In this document: positions 10,762-21,203 of the stretch, one piece after another
How positions within the stretch are numbered: the stretch's first letter is position 1
Layout of the letters: each line of letters opens with the position of its first letter
NCBI GenBank assembly: GCA_964631145.1
Contig: CAZVXT010000001.1
Span: 553,797-617,796 of the forward strand
Origin: an uncultured Candidatus Saccharibacteria bacterium
GTDB taxonomy: Bacteria; Patescibacteriota; Doudnabacteria; UBA920
Direction: 5' to 3'
DNA: 64,000 nt
Program-made: the position numbers and the translations under genes
Notes under the pieces: generated by a model
Databases searched by the model: none
Told to the model about the DNA's origin: nothing
Seen by the model: the letters and a program-made list of their open reading frames with translations, nothing else

Positions 10762-13470
10762 TTATTTATTTAGATTCTTTTGGTGTTGCTGGGAGTTTAT
10801 TAATCCGCACTTTTTGTACTTCATTCCACTACCGCAAAAACATGGGTCGTTTCTTCCAATAGTTTCACCCCTAGGATCTGCATTAGTATTTTCCATTGCT
10901 GTTTGACCAGCTGCAGTTAGCACAACATTATTTTGGCTTGGTGCTTCAGCCTGCAGTCCTGTAGAAACACGTAAAATGGTACTACTTACCTGCTTATCAA
11001 TTTCTGCCAATAATCTGTTAAATAATCCGTGACCTTCTTTTTTATACTCCACTAATGGATCACGCTGTCCATAACCGCGAAGTCTTACCGAGTCCCGTAA
11101 ATGATCCATAGTATCTAAGTGTTCCATCCACAAAGTATCGATGGCTTGTAAGTTTACCAATCTTCCGATTTGTGCAAATTGTTCTGCACCAAATTCTTGC
11201 AGCTTTTGGTCTAAAGCTTTGTCTATTACTAAATTAATTTCATCTAAGAGTGCAAATTCTTTATCTGCTGCACTATTTACATTAGATAAAATTTGATTAT
11301 AAACTTCATTAGTAATTAGTACAAAAGCTGAAATATCTTTAATACTTTCTTTAACTGCCTCATCTTCATCTAAGCTCTCAAAATAATTTTTGATAATTTG
11401 AGCAACTTGAGATTTTAAAAGTTCTTCAAAAAAAGTTTTAGCATCAAATTGACCATTTTCTAAACCTGGCAAAAACAAACGGCGCTTTTTGTAAATTACA
11501 TTGCGTTGGTGATTTAAGACATCATCAAATTCTAATACGTGTTTGCGAGTGTCAAAGTTTAAGCCTTCTATTTTCTTTTGTGCAGATTCAATAGATCTAG
11601 ACACCATTTTTGCTTCGATTGGCTGATCGTCAGGGATTCGAAGAGTTTCCATAATGCTTTGCATACGAGTACCACCAAAAAGCCTCATTAAGTCGTCTTC
11701 CATAGAAACATAAAATTGGCTATAACCAGGATCACCTTGGCGTCCGCTACGCCCACGAAGCTGGTTATCAATACGGCGAGATTCATGTCTTTCACTACCA
11801 ATAACAGCCAAGCCGCCGCTAGCTTTTACTTTTTCTGCTTCTTCTTTATCAACTGGATTACCTCCGAGTAAAATATCCACACCGCGACCAGCGATGTTAG
11901 TAGCCAAAGTTATTGCACCAGGGCGACCGGCTTGAGCAATAATCTGAGCCTCACGTTCATGATTTTTGGCATTCAAAAGTTCAAACTGCAAACCTTCTTT
12001 TTTTAGAGCATCTGCTAAAATTTCGTTTTTAGCAATACTAACAGTACCAATCAATACTGGCTGTCCATTTTTATGACGCTCTTTTACATCTTTAGCAATA
12101 GCTGCAAACTTTGCGGCTTCATTTTTGTAAACCAAGTCAGCGGCATCTTCTCTTTGCATGCCTTTATTAGTAGGAATTTGATCTACCTCTAATTGATAGA
12201 TTTTGAAAAATTCTTCTTCTTCAGTTTTTGCAGTACCTGTCATACCAGAAAGCCTGCTATACAACCTAAACAAATTTTGAAAAGTAATTGTAGCAAGAGT
12301 TTTGCTTTCTTGCTGAATTTTTACATTTTCTTTTGCTTCAATAGCTTGATGAAGACCTTCGCTATAACGACGTCCAAACATTAATCTTCCGGTAAATTCA
12401 TCAACAATAATGACTTCACCATCTCGAACGACGTAATCTCTATCACGTTTGAATAAAGTTTTAGCACGCAGTGCAGCTTCTATATGATGAAGAGTCTGCG
12501 CACCTTTTGCGGTATCGTAAATGTTACCGACATTTAATATCTTTTCGATTTTATTAATACCATCATCTGTTAAACTTGCAGCCTTATGCTTTTCATCTAC
12601 TGTATAATCTTTTTCTTCTTCTAGCCCAGAAACAAGTTTTGCAAATTGATAATACTTATCTGTTGGATCTGTGTCTGGCTGAGAAATAATTAAGGGCGTG
12701 CGAGCTTCATCAATCAAAATACTGTCAACTTCATCAACAATAGCAAAAAATAATTCGCGTTGACGAAGCTGGCTTGCATGCTGAACCATGTTATCGCGCA
12801 AATAATCAAAACCAAATTCATTATTGGTTCCAAACGTAATATCTGCACGATACGCTTCTTGCCTAGAAACAGGACGCATATGCTTAACATCCAAAACTAA
12901 TCCTTCTGTTTGACTTTCAATTTCTGCAATCTCCTCTGCTTCGGGCATGTATTCTGGGTCATACAAAAAAGAAGCTTCGTGTTGAATGCTGGCAATTGAT
13001 AATCCCAACTTGTGATAAACAGGACCCATCAAACTAGCTTGCCATCGTGCTAAATAGTCGTTAACTGTAACAATATGAGTACCTCTTCCAGAAAGAGCAA
13101 ATAAAGCCAAAGGCAAAGTAGCTGTTAAAGTTTTACCTTCACCAGTTTTCATTTCTGCAATACGGCCTTCAGCCAAAACTAATCCACCTGCAAGCTGGAC
13201 ATCATAATGAAACAATCCAATTGCCCGACGTGCTGCTTCTCTAGTTAAAGCAAAAACTCTGCTTCTAATTGTTTTTAATTCTTTAAAAATTTGATCAGTA
13301 TCAGATACTTGGGATAACTTATTTTTAAATTCAGACATCTCTTCTAAAATCTGCTGATCTGATAATTTCTTTATTTCTTCTTCTAAACTATTAATTTCTT
13401 CAATCTGAGCTTGGTATTTGGTTAAAGGATTGCTCGAACCTCTGGAAAATAAACGTGTAAATATAGACAT
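10762..13470 (-). CDS. secA: preprotein translocase ATPase SecA
   Basis: MKTGEGKT, DEVDSILIDEART, RRIDNQLRGRSGRQGDPG, C-terminal SEC-C motif; start placed at MSIFTRL. Confidence 0.98.
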   Translation of the reverse strand: MSIFTRLFSRGSSNPLTKYQAQIEEINSLEEEIKKLSDQQILEEMSEFKNKLSQVSDTDQIFKELKTIRSRVFALTREAARRAIGLFHYDVQLAGGLVLAEGRIAEMKTGEGKTLTATLPLALFALSGRGTHIVTVNDYLARWQASLMGPVYHKLGLSIASIQHEASFLYDPEYMPEAEEIAEIESQTEGLVLDVKHMRPVSRQEAYRADITFGTNNEFGFDYLRDNMVQHASQLRQRELFFAIVDEVDSILIDEARTPLIISQPDTDPTDKYYQFAKLVSGLEEEKDYTVDEKHKAASLTDDGINKIEKILNVGNIYDTAKGAQTLHHIEAALRAKTLFKRDRDYVVRDGEVIIVDEFTGRLMFGRRYSEGLHQAIEAKENVKIQQESKTLATITFQNLFRLYSRLSGMTGTAKTEEEEFFKIYQLEVDQIPTNKGMQREDAADLVYKNEAAKFAAIAKDVKERHKNGQPVLIGTVSIAKNEILADALKKEGLQFELLNAKNHEREAQIIAQAGRPGAITLATNIAGRGVDILLGGNPVDKEEAEKVKASGGLAVIGSERHESRRIDNQLRGRSGRQGDPGYSQFYVSMEDDLMRLFGGTRMQSIMETLRIPDDQPIEAKMVSRSIESAQKKIEGLNFDTRKHVLEFDDVLNHQRNVIYKKRRLFLPGLENGQFDAKTFFEELLKSQVAQIIKNYFESLDEDEAVKESIKDISAFVLITNEVYNQILSNVNSAADKEFALLDEINLVIDKALDQKLQEFGAEQFAQIGRLVNLQAIDTLWMEHLDTMDHLRDSVRLRGYGQRDPLVEYKKEGHGLFNRLLAEIDKQVSSTILRVSTGLQAEAPSQNNVVLTAAGQTAMENTNADPRGETIGRNDPCFCGSGMKYKKCGLINSQQHQKNLNK

Positions 13471-13616
13471 AAATATTACCGGAAAACCGGACTTTCTTTT
13501 AAAATTACCAATTAAGTATACCAAATAATATATCAGTGGTCACATAAGTTTATGTTGACATATAGTGAAAAATATGTTACTTTTATATGTCTATCAAGAC
13601 ACAAAGGAGGAAAATT

Positions 13617-14414
13617 ATGATTAAAAAATTATTATTTATTGCGTTGTTGATTGGTTTTACATTTGGTTGTAGTAATAGTGGTAAAAGAGTCGTTAATGTA
13701 AATTCAAATTCGGGAGTGAAAACAGCTACTCCCATCACACCTACTACTAACCCTACTCCAGATCGAAAAGCTGAGCAGGTTAAAGAAGTAAAATATAAAT
13801 GGGACCAAATTATCAATCCCAAAAATCAGTTCCTGGATGAGGTAAAGGGTGTAAAATTTTGCACAATAGAGAATCGCTATCAAGAATTTAAATACTTTTA
13901 TGAAGGTATGCCGAATCCAAAAAATCCAAAAGGGTCATATGGTTACGATTTGGTTACATATCAAGATCTGGATTTAAAACAGGAAGATGTATTAAAAAAA
14001 TACCAAGAATTAACCAAAGAATGGCTGGATGCACTTAAGGCGGAATTTCAAAAGCCAGTTCTTAAAGGTTGTAGTATTGGCGAAGGTGGCACAAGCTATA
14101 GTCAATACACAGACATAACTGCGGAAATTGAAAGTCTCGTCTCAGACTCAGATCAAGCAATTGATTTTATCAAGGCTAAAGAGCTGCGAGATATGTGGCT
14201 TAAAGCCTTCCAAAAAGATATTGCTTTGATTAAAAACGATCCAGAGCAAAAATCTGAATTAGAAGATATTATTAGAAGGGCAACTGAGGATTATAAATTT
14301 GAAGAAAAGGAGCTTTACACAAGCGTAGCTCCAAAAAGCTCTACAAACTCCAACTCCAAAGGCAATTCTAATTCTACAAGCAACTCTAATGTAAATTCAG
14401 CAGTAAATAAATAG
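13617..14414 (+). CDS. hypothetical lipoprotein (solo unit)
   Basis: Signal peptide with lipobox FTFGC; TTGACA at 13555; AAGGAGG SD; Asn/Ser-rich tail; terminator ~14424-14451. Confidence 0.75.
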   Translation: MIKKLLFIALLIGFTFGCSNSGKRVVNVNSNSGVKTATPITPTTNPTPDRKAEQVKEVKYKWDQIINPKNQFLDEVKGVKFCTIENRYQEFKYFYEGMPNPKNPKGSYGYDLVTYQDLDLKQEDVLKKYQELTKEWLDALKAEFQKPVLKGCSIGEGGTSYSQYTDITAEIESLVSDSDQAIDFIKAKELRDMWLKAFQKDIALIKNDPEQKSELEDIIRRATEDYKFEEKELYTSVAPKSSTNSNSKGNSNSTSNSNVNSAVNK

Positions 14415-14509
14415 GCTAAATCTAACCGGCAGAAAGTGTTGCCGGTTTTTTCTTGACTATAATATGAAAGTGAATTATAATTTTGAGAATATCTAAAGGA
14501 GGTATTTAT

Positions 14510-14923
14510 ATGGATTTAAGAGAAACCAAACTAACAATAGACCTTAAGGATCTATCATTAAATAGAATATTTGTTAATCCAAAAAGTGAGAAATCCGTTT
14601 TACAGCAATTGATCGAATCCCAAGCATATGGAGATCTACAGCTAGCAGAATATATTGCCAATTTAGAAAATATAGCCCCTAATGATAGTAACGGCATTTT
14701 TATACCAAACTACTTTAGAGACAGCAATATTGATCCCAATGTTTTGACAGGAGAAGTAATAGACGCCGATTATGGCAGCAAGTTATTATTTCCAGAGCAA
14801 AATAATGAAAATATGGGAATTGCTTGTATATATTGGTCCGGTGCTGGTTTATATAAAATCGCCTGGATAACAAATTTTGATTATGGAATATGTTATATGG
14901 TTAAGAACAGTAATCTTGATTAA
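14510..14923 (+). CDS. hypothetical protein (solo unit)
   Basis: TTGACT-N17-TATAAT at 14453, AAGGAGG SD, terminator ~14943-14972. Confidence 0.7.
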   Translation: MDLRETKLTIDLKDLSLNRIFVNPKSEKSVLQQLIESQAYGDLQLAEYIANLENIAPNDSNGIFIPNYFRDSNIDPNVLTGEVIDADYGSKLLFPEQNNENMGIACIYWSGAGLYKIAWITNFDYGICYMVKNSNLD

Positions 14924-14971
14924 TTATTCATCAAAAAATTTTAAAAGACTGCAATAGATGCAGTCTCTTTT

Positions 14972-15304
14972 TTATTCCCCTCTCTTAAACCAATTGCCAA
15001 TTCTGCGGCGTAAGGATAATTTTTTATCCTTTGCTTTAGCCAACTGTGTGGATATTTTAGGAATAACCAAATCTAAGGCTTGGTAAAAATCATCACCATG
15101 ACTTTCAGCATAATAACCACCTGGGGTAATTTTTATTTCTACCCTGCTAAATTGACCAGAATTATGCTTACTATCTTCTTGTAACTCTACATGAACTTGA
15201 TGCTCAGGTCGCAAATACTTATTTAATATACTTAACTTATCTTCGATACTATCTCTTATTGCATCTGTTAAAGTTGTTCCTGTAGCTGTAATATTTATTG
15301 CCAT
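14972..15304 (-). CDS. raiA: ribosome hibernation factor HPF/RaiA (S30AE family)
   Basis: INITATGTTLTDAIRDSIEDKL...DFYQALDLV..K...QL. Confidence 0.88.
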   Translation of the reverse strand: MAINITATGTTLTDAIRDSIEDKLSILNKYLRPEHQVHVELQEDSKHNSGQFSRVEIKITPGGYYAESHGDDFYQALDLVIPKISTQLAKAKDKKLSLRRRIGNWFKRGE

Positions 15305-15351
15305 ATTGTTATTTCTCCTTAACTACATTATACCATCAAAATAACAAGATT

Positions 15352-16755
15352 TTAATTTATCAAATTATATGCCAGACGATTAAAATTACCTACCGCCATT
15401 ACTACAACTACATCATTATCATATAACTCTTGGCGTAAAATATGTAGAGCTTGATCTTTGTCAGCTACTAGTCTGGCATTAGGCTGATTTTTGATTATCT
15501 CTTCCAGAACCTGACTGCCTGTAATTGTATGTTCTGGTCTTTTTTCTCTGGCTGGATAGATCTCTGCCAACAAAACCTCATCTGCATTATTAAATGCTTT
15601 GGCTAAATCTGGCAAAACGCTTTGTGTTCGACTAAATGTATGAGGCTCAAATACTGCCCACAACTTTCTGGTTGGAAATCTTTCTTTTAAAGCACTGAGA
15701 GTTTCTCTAATAGCCGTTGGGTGATGAGCATAGTCATCAAATATCAAAATACTATCTCTAGTTCCAACTAACTCCATTCGTCGCTTTACCCCATAATACT
15801 CATCCAAACCATCTTGCACTTGTTCGTGGCTAAAACCTAAAGTGCGAAGCAAACTTATTACCCCTAAAGCATTATAAACATTTATTCCGCCAAATAAATT
15901 TATTTTATATGCTTCTGTTGCTGGTTGTCCATTTACTTTTTTTTCTACATCAAAGCTTGTGTGTGATTCTAAAGTTTGTATATTTTTTGCAACAAAATCT
16001 GCTTCATTTTTTATACCAAATGATACTTGCCCAATATTGTGACCATGCATTATTTTATTAAGTTCACTGCTATCAGAATTATATACAACCAAACCATCAT
16101 CAGGCATCTTTTCGATCATCTGATTTACTTCGCTCACCAACTCATCAAGACTTGCAAACATATCTGGATGATCAAATTCTAAATTATTTAATAAGCAAAT
16201 GTCTGGATCATACTGTGCAAATTTAGGGGTAGGATCATCGTGCAAAGCCTTATACTCATCACCTTCTACAACAAAATAATGACCGTCGCCGACAAAAAAA
16301 TTGCTTTCTTCTTTTTGTAGCACAGCACCAGTCATAAAGGAGCTTTGATCTATGTAATGAAGGGCAACACCAAGCATGCCGCTAGTTGTAGATTTACCAT
16401 GTGTTCCGGCTACCACAATTCTTAATTTGTCATTCATTAAGTTTCTAAGTAGCTCACTAAAAGAATAAAGTCTAATTCCCTGTTCTTCCAACCACATCAC
16501 TTCAGGGTTATTCAAGTCTTCTCCGGCTGATGCTATATAAAAATCAGCGCCGCTATTTTTTATATTTTCTACGTTATAACCTGTAAAATATTGGATCCCA
16601 TATTTATCTAAAACAGATTTAGCAGGATCATATAACTCTTTACTATCACTACCCAAAACTTCATGCCCTAATTCTTTAGCAATACCAGCAACTGCTGACA
16701 TTGCAATTCCACCAATGCCGATAAAATAAATTTTTTCTGTTCCTGTTAAATTCAT
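15352..16755 (-). CDS. Mur ligase, MurC/Mpl type
   Basis: GIGGIAMS, AGTHGKSTT, EGDEY, DDYAHHPT, FEPHTFSRT. Confidence 0.9.
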   Translation of the reverse strand: MNLTGTEKIYFIGIGGIAMSAVAGIAKELGHEVLGSDSKELYDPAKSVLDKYGIQYFTGYNVENIKNSGADFYIASAGEDLNNPEVMWLEEQGIRLYSFSELLRNLMNDKLRIVVAGTHGKSTTSGMLGVALHYIDQSSFMTGAVLQKEESNFFVGDGHYFVVEGDEYKALHDDPTPKFAQYDPDICLLNNLEFDHPDMFASLDELVSEVNQMIEKMPDDGLVVYNSDSSELNKIMHGHNIGQVSFGIKNEADFVAKNIQTLESHTSFDVEKKVNGQPATEAYKINLFGGINVYNALGVISLLRTLGFSHEQVQDGLDEYYGVKRRMELVGTRDSILIFDDYAHHPTAIRETLSALKERFPTRKLWAVFEPHTFSRTQSVLPDLAKAFNNADEVLLAEIYPAREKRPEHTITGSQVLEEIIKNQPNARLVADKDQALHILRQELYDNDVVVVMAVGNFNRLAYNLIN

Positions 16756-16756
16756 A

Positions 16757-17785
16757 CTATAAATGCTTTTTAATAATTTGAATTTGCTCTTCGTTGTGAG
16801 CTAAGATCTTTTGCTTATCTGCAATCAACTGCCACATTTGTGGCAAAAACTGCTTTGCTGTGTCTTTCCCTAGTTGATAATAATCTTGGGTTTTGCCAAA
16901 ATCTGTAAAGTGCAAGAAGAAATACTTTTTTAAAAAAGAAATTTTTGGTGCTGGGGGCACTATGAGCAAGTCGCAATTAAAGTTACTATCAGGGTCATGG
17001 TTTTGCTGAGCTTTGATCGCCAAATCCAAAGCTTTGCCCAAAACACCGAATAGGTTATGGCTATTTTTTACCACATCATCAATGGATTGATAGGTTGAAA
17101 AAAAATCAGAGTCAGTTATAAAGTTGCTTAATTTTTCGTTTAATAGCCTAATTGGTTTAGGCCAAAGAATTTTACGAATAGTATTCAACCACGACTTTAA
17201 CACAATTTGCCACTTACTAAACACATGTCTTGTAGCTCGAAGATCTATACCAATAACAATATCTGCACCAGCTGTTTGGCAAACAGAACCCGGAACAATA
17301 CTTAAAATACCCCCGTCAACTAATGATTTATTACCCCATTCAACCGGTTCAAAAATACCAGGCAAAGTAGAAGATGCGCAAATTGCTTTAGCTATATCCC
17401 CATACTGCAAATCCACTTCTTCACCGGAGTTTATATCAGTTGCAATGATCGCAAGTTTAGGATGCACATCTTCAAAATTTTTATTTCTAGTAAACACTCG
17501 TAAGTATTCTTCTACTTTGTGCAAGTTATACAAACCACCGCTGGTTTGACTACGTTCAATCAAGGATGATAAAAATTCTATATCTAGCGCTAAAGCCTGT
17601 TCCTTTAATTGATTCAAACTCCCACATGCAAAACTTCCTGCAACAATAGATGCTCCAGACATTGATGCTATAAAATCTATGGGAAAATTATTTTCCTGTA
17701 GTACTTCTAAAAATCCTATATAAAATACAGAGCGAGTAGATGCACCGCTAAAAGCTAAAGCAATTTTTAATTTAGAACTTTCCAT
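16757..17785 (-). CDS. patatin-like phospholipase family protein with divergent motifs
   Basis: ALAFSGAS (glycine loop variant), SMSGAS (in place of GxSxG), DGG. Confidence 0.8.
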   Translation of the reverse strand: MESSKLKIALAFSGASTRSVFYIGFLEVLQENNFPIDFIASMSGASIVAGSFACGSLNQLKEQALALDIEFLSSLIERSQTSGGLYNLHKVEEYLRVFTRNKNFEDVHPKLAIIATDINSGEEVDLQYGDIAKAICASSTLPGIFEPVEWGNKSLVDGGILSIVPGSVCQTAGADIVIGIDLRATRHVFSKWQIVLKSWLNTIRKILWPKPIRLLNEKLSNFITDSDFFSTYQSIDDVVKNSHNLFGVLGKALDLAIKAQQNHDPDSNFNCDLLIVPPAPKISFLKKYFFLHFTDFGKTQDYYQLGKDTAKQFLPQMWQLIADKQKILAHNEEQIQIIKKHL

Positions 17786-18890
17786 TAAAGATTTTTTCTA
17801 CAATTAATTTTACAATTTTCTGATCAGCATCACTAGGTATAAGTTTTGATATATTGTTTATATATTTATTCTGCCTATCCGAACTTAGTAATAGATTATG
17901 CACTTCTTTAGGTAAATCCACTTCAGACTGATCAGCTATATAAGCGGCTTCCTGTTTGTATAAAAGTTCCGCGTTCTGTTCTTGATGACTTTGTGGCATA
18001 GGCAAAATAATAGCCGGTTTTTTATAAGTTGCCAAGTCAGTAATATTATTAATGCCAGCACGACTGATAATTAAATCAGATACAATATAGGCTTCGTTAA
18101 TCTCTTCTAAAAATTCGCATTGATAATAATTAGCAAATTTAACCTCAGGATTAAGTTTACCTTTACCGGCAATATGAATTATCTGGCAAAATTTTAACAA
18201 TTTTTCCAAGTTTTGCCAAACTAAAACATTTAGACCCATAGCCCCACTACTTCCGCCATTAACCAAAACTACAGGTTTTGAATCTAATAAATTAAAATTA
18301 GTTTTAATTTCTTCTTTAGATAATTTAACTTTAGTGTTTAATCTAGGGTTACCGGTCCAGAATACTTTATTATCTTTTAAATATTTATTACCAATACCCG
18401 ATCCTTGCAAAAAATCACTAGTAGAGTTTTCAAAACTTACCGTAATTAGCTTTGCAATCGTCATGCATAAAATGTTTGATAGACTAGGAACCAAGTCTTG
18501 TTGATGAATCATAACTGGTTTACGTAGAATCCATGCTGCCCACATCAAAGGTACTTGCGCATAACCACCGGCACCTAATATCAGTATTGGTTTATAACTG
18601 AATATCCAAGACAAGCTCTGAAAAAATCCAATTACAAATAAAACTGGAGATAAAAATGTTTGTAAAGAAAAATATCTCCTTAACTTACCGGTGATTATAT
18701 TTTTACTAATATAATTTTCCTTATTAGCAAAAATAGTACCCATGCCATGCTTAACATCTATAACCACTGGTTCAATATTATTATCCAAATCACGAAGAAC
18801 CTTTGCTACAGCAAGCAAAGGAACAATAGGACCAGCAGTTTGCCCACCTGCTAAAAAAATATGTCTTTTTTTATTCATTTTCTGGTTCAT
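17772..18890 (-). CDS. murG: MurG glycosyltransferase (GT28)
   Basis: AGGQTAGP, GKLRRY, GGY, GGSSGA, SRAG, HQEQNA. Confidence 0.88.
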   Translation of the reverse strand: MNQKMNKKRHIFLAGGQTAGPIVPLLAVAKVLRDLDNNIEPVVIDVKHGMGTIFANKENYISKNIITGKLRRYFSLQTFLSPVLFVIGFFQSLSWIFSYKPILILGAGGYAQVPLMWAAWILRKPVMIHQQDLVPSLSNILCMTIAKLITVSFENSTSDFLQGSGIGNKYLKDNKVFWTGNPRLNTKVKLSKEEIKTNFNLLDSKPVVLVNGGSSGAMGLNVLVWQNLEKLLKFCQIIHIAGKGKLNPEVKFANYYQCEFLEEINEAYIVSDLIISRAGINNITDLATYKKPAIILPMPQSHQEQNAELLYKQEAAYIADQSEVDLPKEVHNLLLSSDRQNKYINNISKLIPSDADQKIVKLIVEKIFNGKF

Positions 18891-20082
18891 AAGTTTGACT
18901 GGTAGGTAATTTTATGGAGTTATCACTATCGACTAAAGTCATTGTAGAAGAAGGAGAATTATTGTGAAATGATTTTTCATAACACGACATGGTTAATTGC
19001 GCTGTCTTAACCCAATCAAACATACGAGATCTTTCTATACTTCGTTGTTGCATTTGTTCATGAAAAGGTAAATCGCTAACTAATAGATTAATTTTATCCG
19101 CTATATCCTCTAAATTTAATGGGTCGAAGTATATTGCTGCATTATCATAAACTTCATTAAATACTTCTGTATTAGAAGCCAATACAGGAATTCCATATTG
19201 CATTGCTTCTACTGCAGGTAAACCAAATCCTTCATGTAGTGATGCAGTTATAAAAGCAAAAGCATTTTTATAAAGTGACGATTGAACATCATTATCAGTA
19301 AATCCTGTAAATAATAAATGGTCATTATGCTTGATTAACAAAGATTGATCTTTAATTTCTGGATAATGCGGATCAACCTTTCCAGCAATGACTAAATCCA
19401 AGTCAAACTTATACTTTTCAAGAAATAAATCAAAAGCCTGGCATAAAACAACAATATTTTTTTTACGCTCTAACGTACCAACAAACAACAAGTAAGGTCG
19501 ATTTAAACCATAATTACTTTTCACACTTTCGAAGTCTGCTTCTTCATTACTCTTACGTCCAGGGGCTTCTAAAGTAACAATAATTTTTCGCGGCTCGATA
19601 TTAAGATATTTAACTATTTCATTTTTAGCAGATTCTGTAACTGTGATCACAAACTCAGACTTCCTAGCTGCGAAATTGATAATATATTTATAAATTAAAA
19701 ACTTATAATATGTGCTTTTTTTATGTCCACTAATTTTATGATGCACCATGTCATGAATTGTCACGACAAATTTACCGCGATAAAAAATAGGAACATTAAA
19801 ATTTGGGAAATGCACTAAATCTAATTTATATCGATTAAGTAAACGCACAAATAGTATTTGCTCTTGCCAAGAATAATGCCTATACGGAGCCTCAACTAAC
19901 TGAGCACCTTTTCGCTTTAAAGATTCAATTTCTGAGGAGATGACATTTTCGGGATTATAAAAAATTATAAACTGATGCTTGCTTGCATATAAATCTAGCA
20001 AATGATCAAGCAACTCAAAACTATAGCGCCCTATACCCGCATTCCTTGTTCCACCCATTCTAAAATCAAATCCAATTTTCAT
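18871..20082 (-). CDS. GT4 glycosyltransferase
   Basis: GIGRY, TIHD, KKN, EGFGLPAVEAM. Confidence 0.92.
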   Translation of the reverse strand: MKIGFDFRMGGTRNAGIGRYSFELLDHLLDLYASKHQFIIFYNPENVISSEIESLKRKGAQLVEAPYRHYSWQEQILFVRLLNRYKLDLVHFPNFNVPIFYRGKFVVTIHDMVHHKISGHKKSTYYKFLIYKYIINFAARKSEFVITVTESAKNEIVKYLNIEPRKIIVTLEAPGRKSNEEADFESVKSNYGLNRPYLLFVGTLERKKNIVVLCQAFDLFLEKYKFDLDLVIAGKVDPHYPEIKDQSLLIKHNDHLLFTGFTDNDVQSSLYKNAFAFITASLHEGFGLPAVEAMQYGIPVLASNTEVFNEVYDNAAIYFDPLNLEDIADKINLLVSDLPFHEQMQQRSIERSRMFDWVKTAQLTMSCYEKSFHNNSPSSTMTLVDSDNSIKLPTSQTYEPENE

Positions 20083-20084
20083 AA

Positions 20085-21203
20085 TTAAGATTTATATAAA
20101 CTATTTTTAATAACCTCTACCGTTTTGTCCCAAGAAAATTTAGAAGCTTGCGCTAAACCTTTCATACTTAATTGCTCTCGCAACTGCTTATCGTTTAATA
20201 CTTCATGCAATACTTTTGCAATGTGAGCCGAATTATATGGATCTACTAACAATGCAGACTCTTCGCACACCTCTGGCAAGCTAGAAACATTTGATGTCAC
20301 AACTGGTGTCCCGACTGCCATAGCTTCTAAAACAGGCAAGCCAAAACCTTCAAATATACTTGGCCACACAAAAACTTTTGCCATTTTTATTAACGCAGGC
20401 TTATCTGATTCTGGAACATAACCAAGCAAATGAATTTGTTTGTTTTTTGGACTATTGTTTATCTGAGAGATAACATCATTATAATTCCAGCCAAACTTTC
20501 CCGCAATAACCAAATGCTCATTACCTTGGAGCATGTTAAATGCCTCGATAAGTTTTATTAAGTTTTTGCGTGGCTCTATCGTAGCTACAAATAATAAATA
20601 TTCTTGAGGGAGTAAATATTTATTGCGCACACCACGCATCACGGATTGATCAATATTCGGGCGATATCTATCATGATCAACGCCCAAATGAGCAACTGTA
20701 ATTTTATTGGGATCTACGCCACAGATTTCGACAATTGATTTTTTTGTATATTCGGAAACAGCAATAATTTGATCTGCTCTTTTGCAAAGTTTTTTTATGT
20801 TTACCAGTCTATGCCAAATACGAGATTTTAAAGAATAAAATTCTGGCATTAATAATGGAGACAGGTCATGAATAACCAAAGTTAATTTGGTAGTGCTTCT
20901 TAGAGCAACCAAATTTGGATTCGGCATAAAAACATGATTAGTTTCGCCTGCCAAACTTTCGATTTTTGGAATTCCAAAGATTTTGATTAGAAGATTTAAA
21001 ATTCTATTTGGAATTCGGGTTTGTTTATACTGTGCATTTATAAACTGAAATTGCTCAAAAGTTTTTAAACCAAATCCATTATAAAATAATTTATAAGTGT
21101 TTTGATGATCAGTGGATATCAAGCGTTCTATAACGTTAGTAGTAAAAAATTCCACTCCGCTAAACTCTAAGTTATTTAAACTACGCAAATCTATGGTTAT
21201 CAT
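20085..21203 (-). CDS. GT4 glycosyltransferase
   Basis: IHDL, EPRKN, EGFGLPVLEAM. Confidence 0.92.
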   Translation of the reverse strand: MITIDLRSLNNLEFSGVEFFTTNVIERLISTDHQNTYKLFYNGFGLKTFEQFQFINAQYKQTRIPNRILNLLIKIFGIPKIESLAGETNHVFMPNPNLVALRSTTKLTLVIHDLSPLLMPEFYSLKSRIWHRLVNIKKLCKRADQIIAVSEYTKKSIVEICGVDPNKITVAHLGVDHDRYRPNIDQSVMRGVRNKYLLPQEYLLFVATIEPRKNLIKLIEAFNMLQGNEHLVIAGKFGWNYNDVISQINNSPKNKQIHLLGYVPESDKPALIKMAKVFVWPSIFEGFGLPVLEAMAVGTPVVTSNVSSLPEVCEESALLVDPYNSAHIAKVLHEVLNDKQLREQLSMKGLAQASKFSWDKTVEVIKNSLYKS

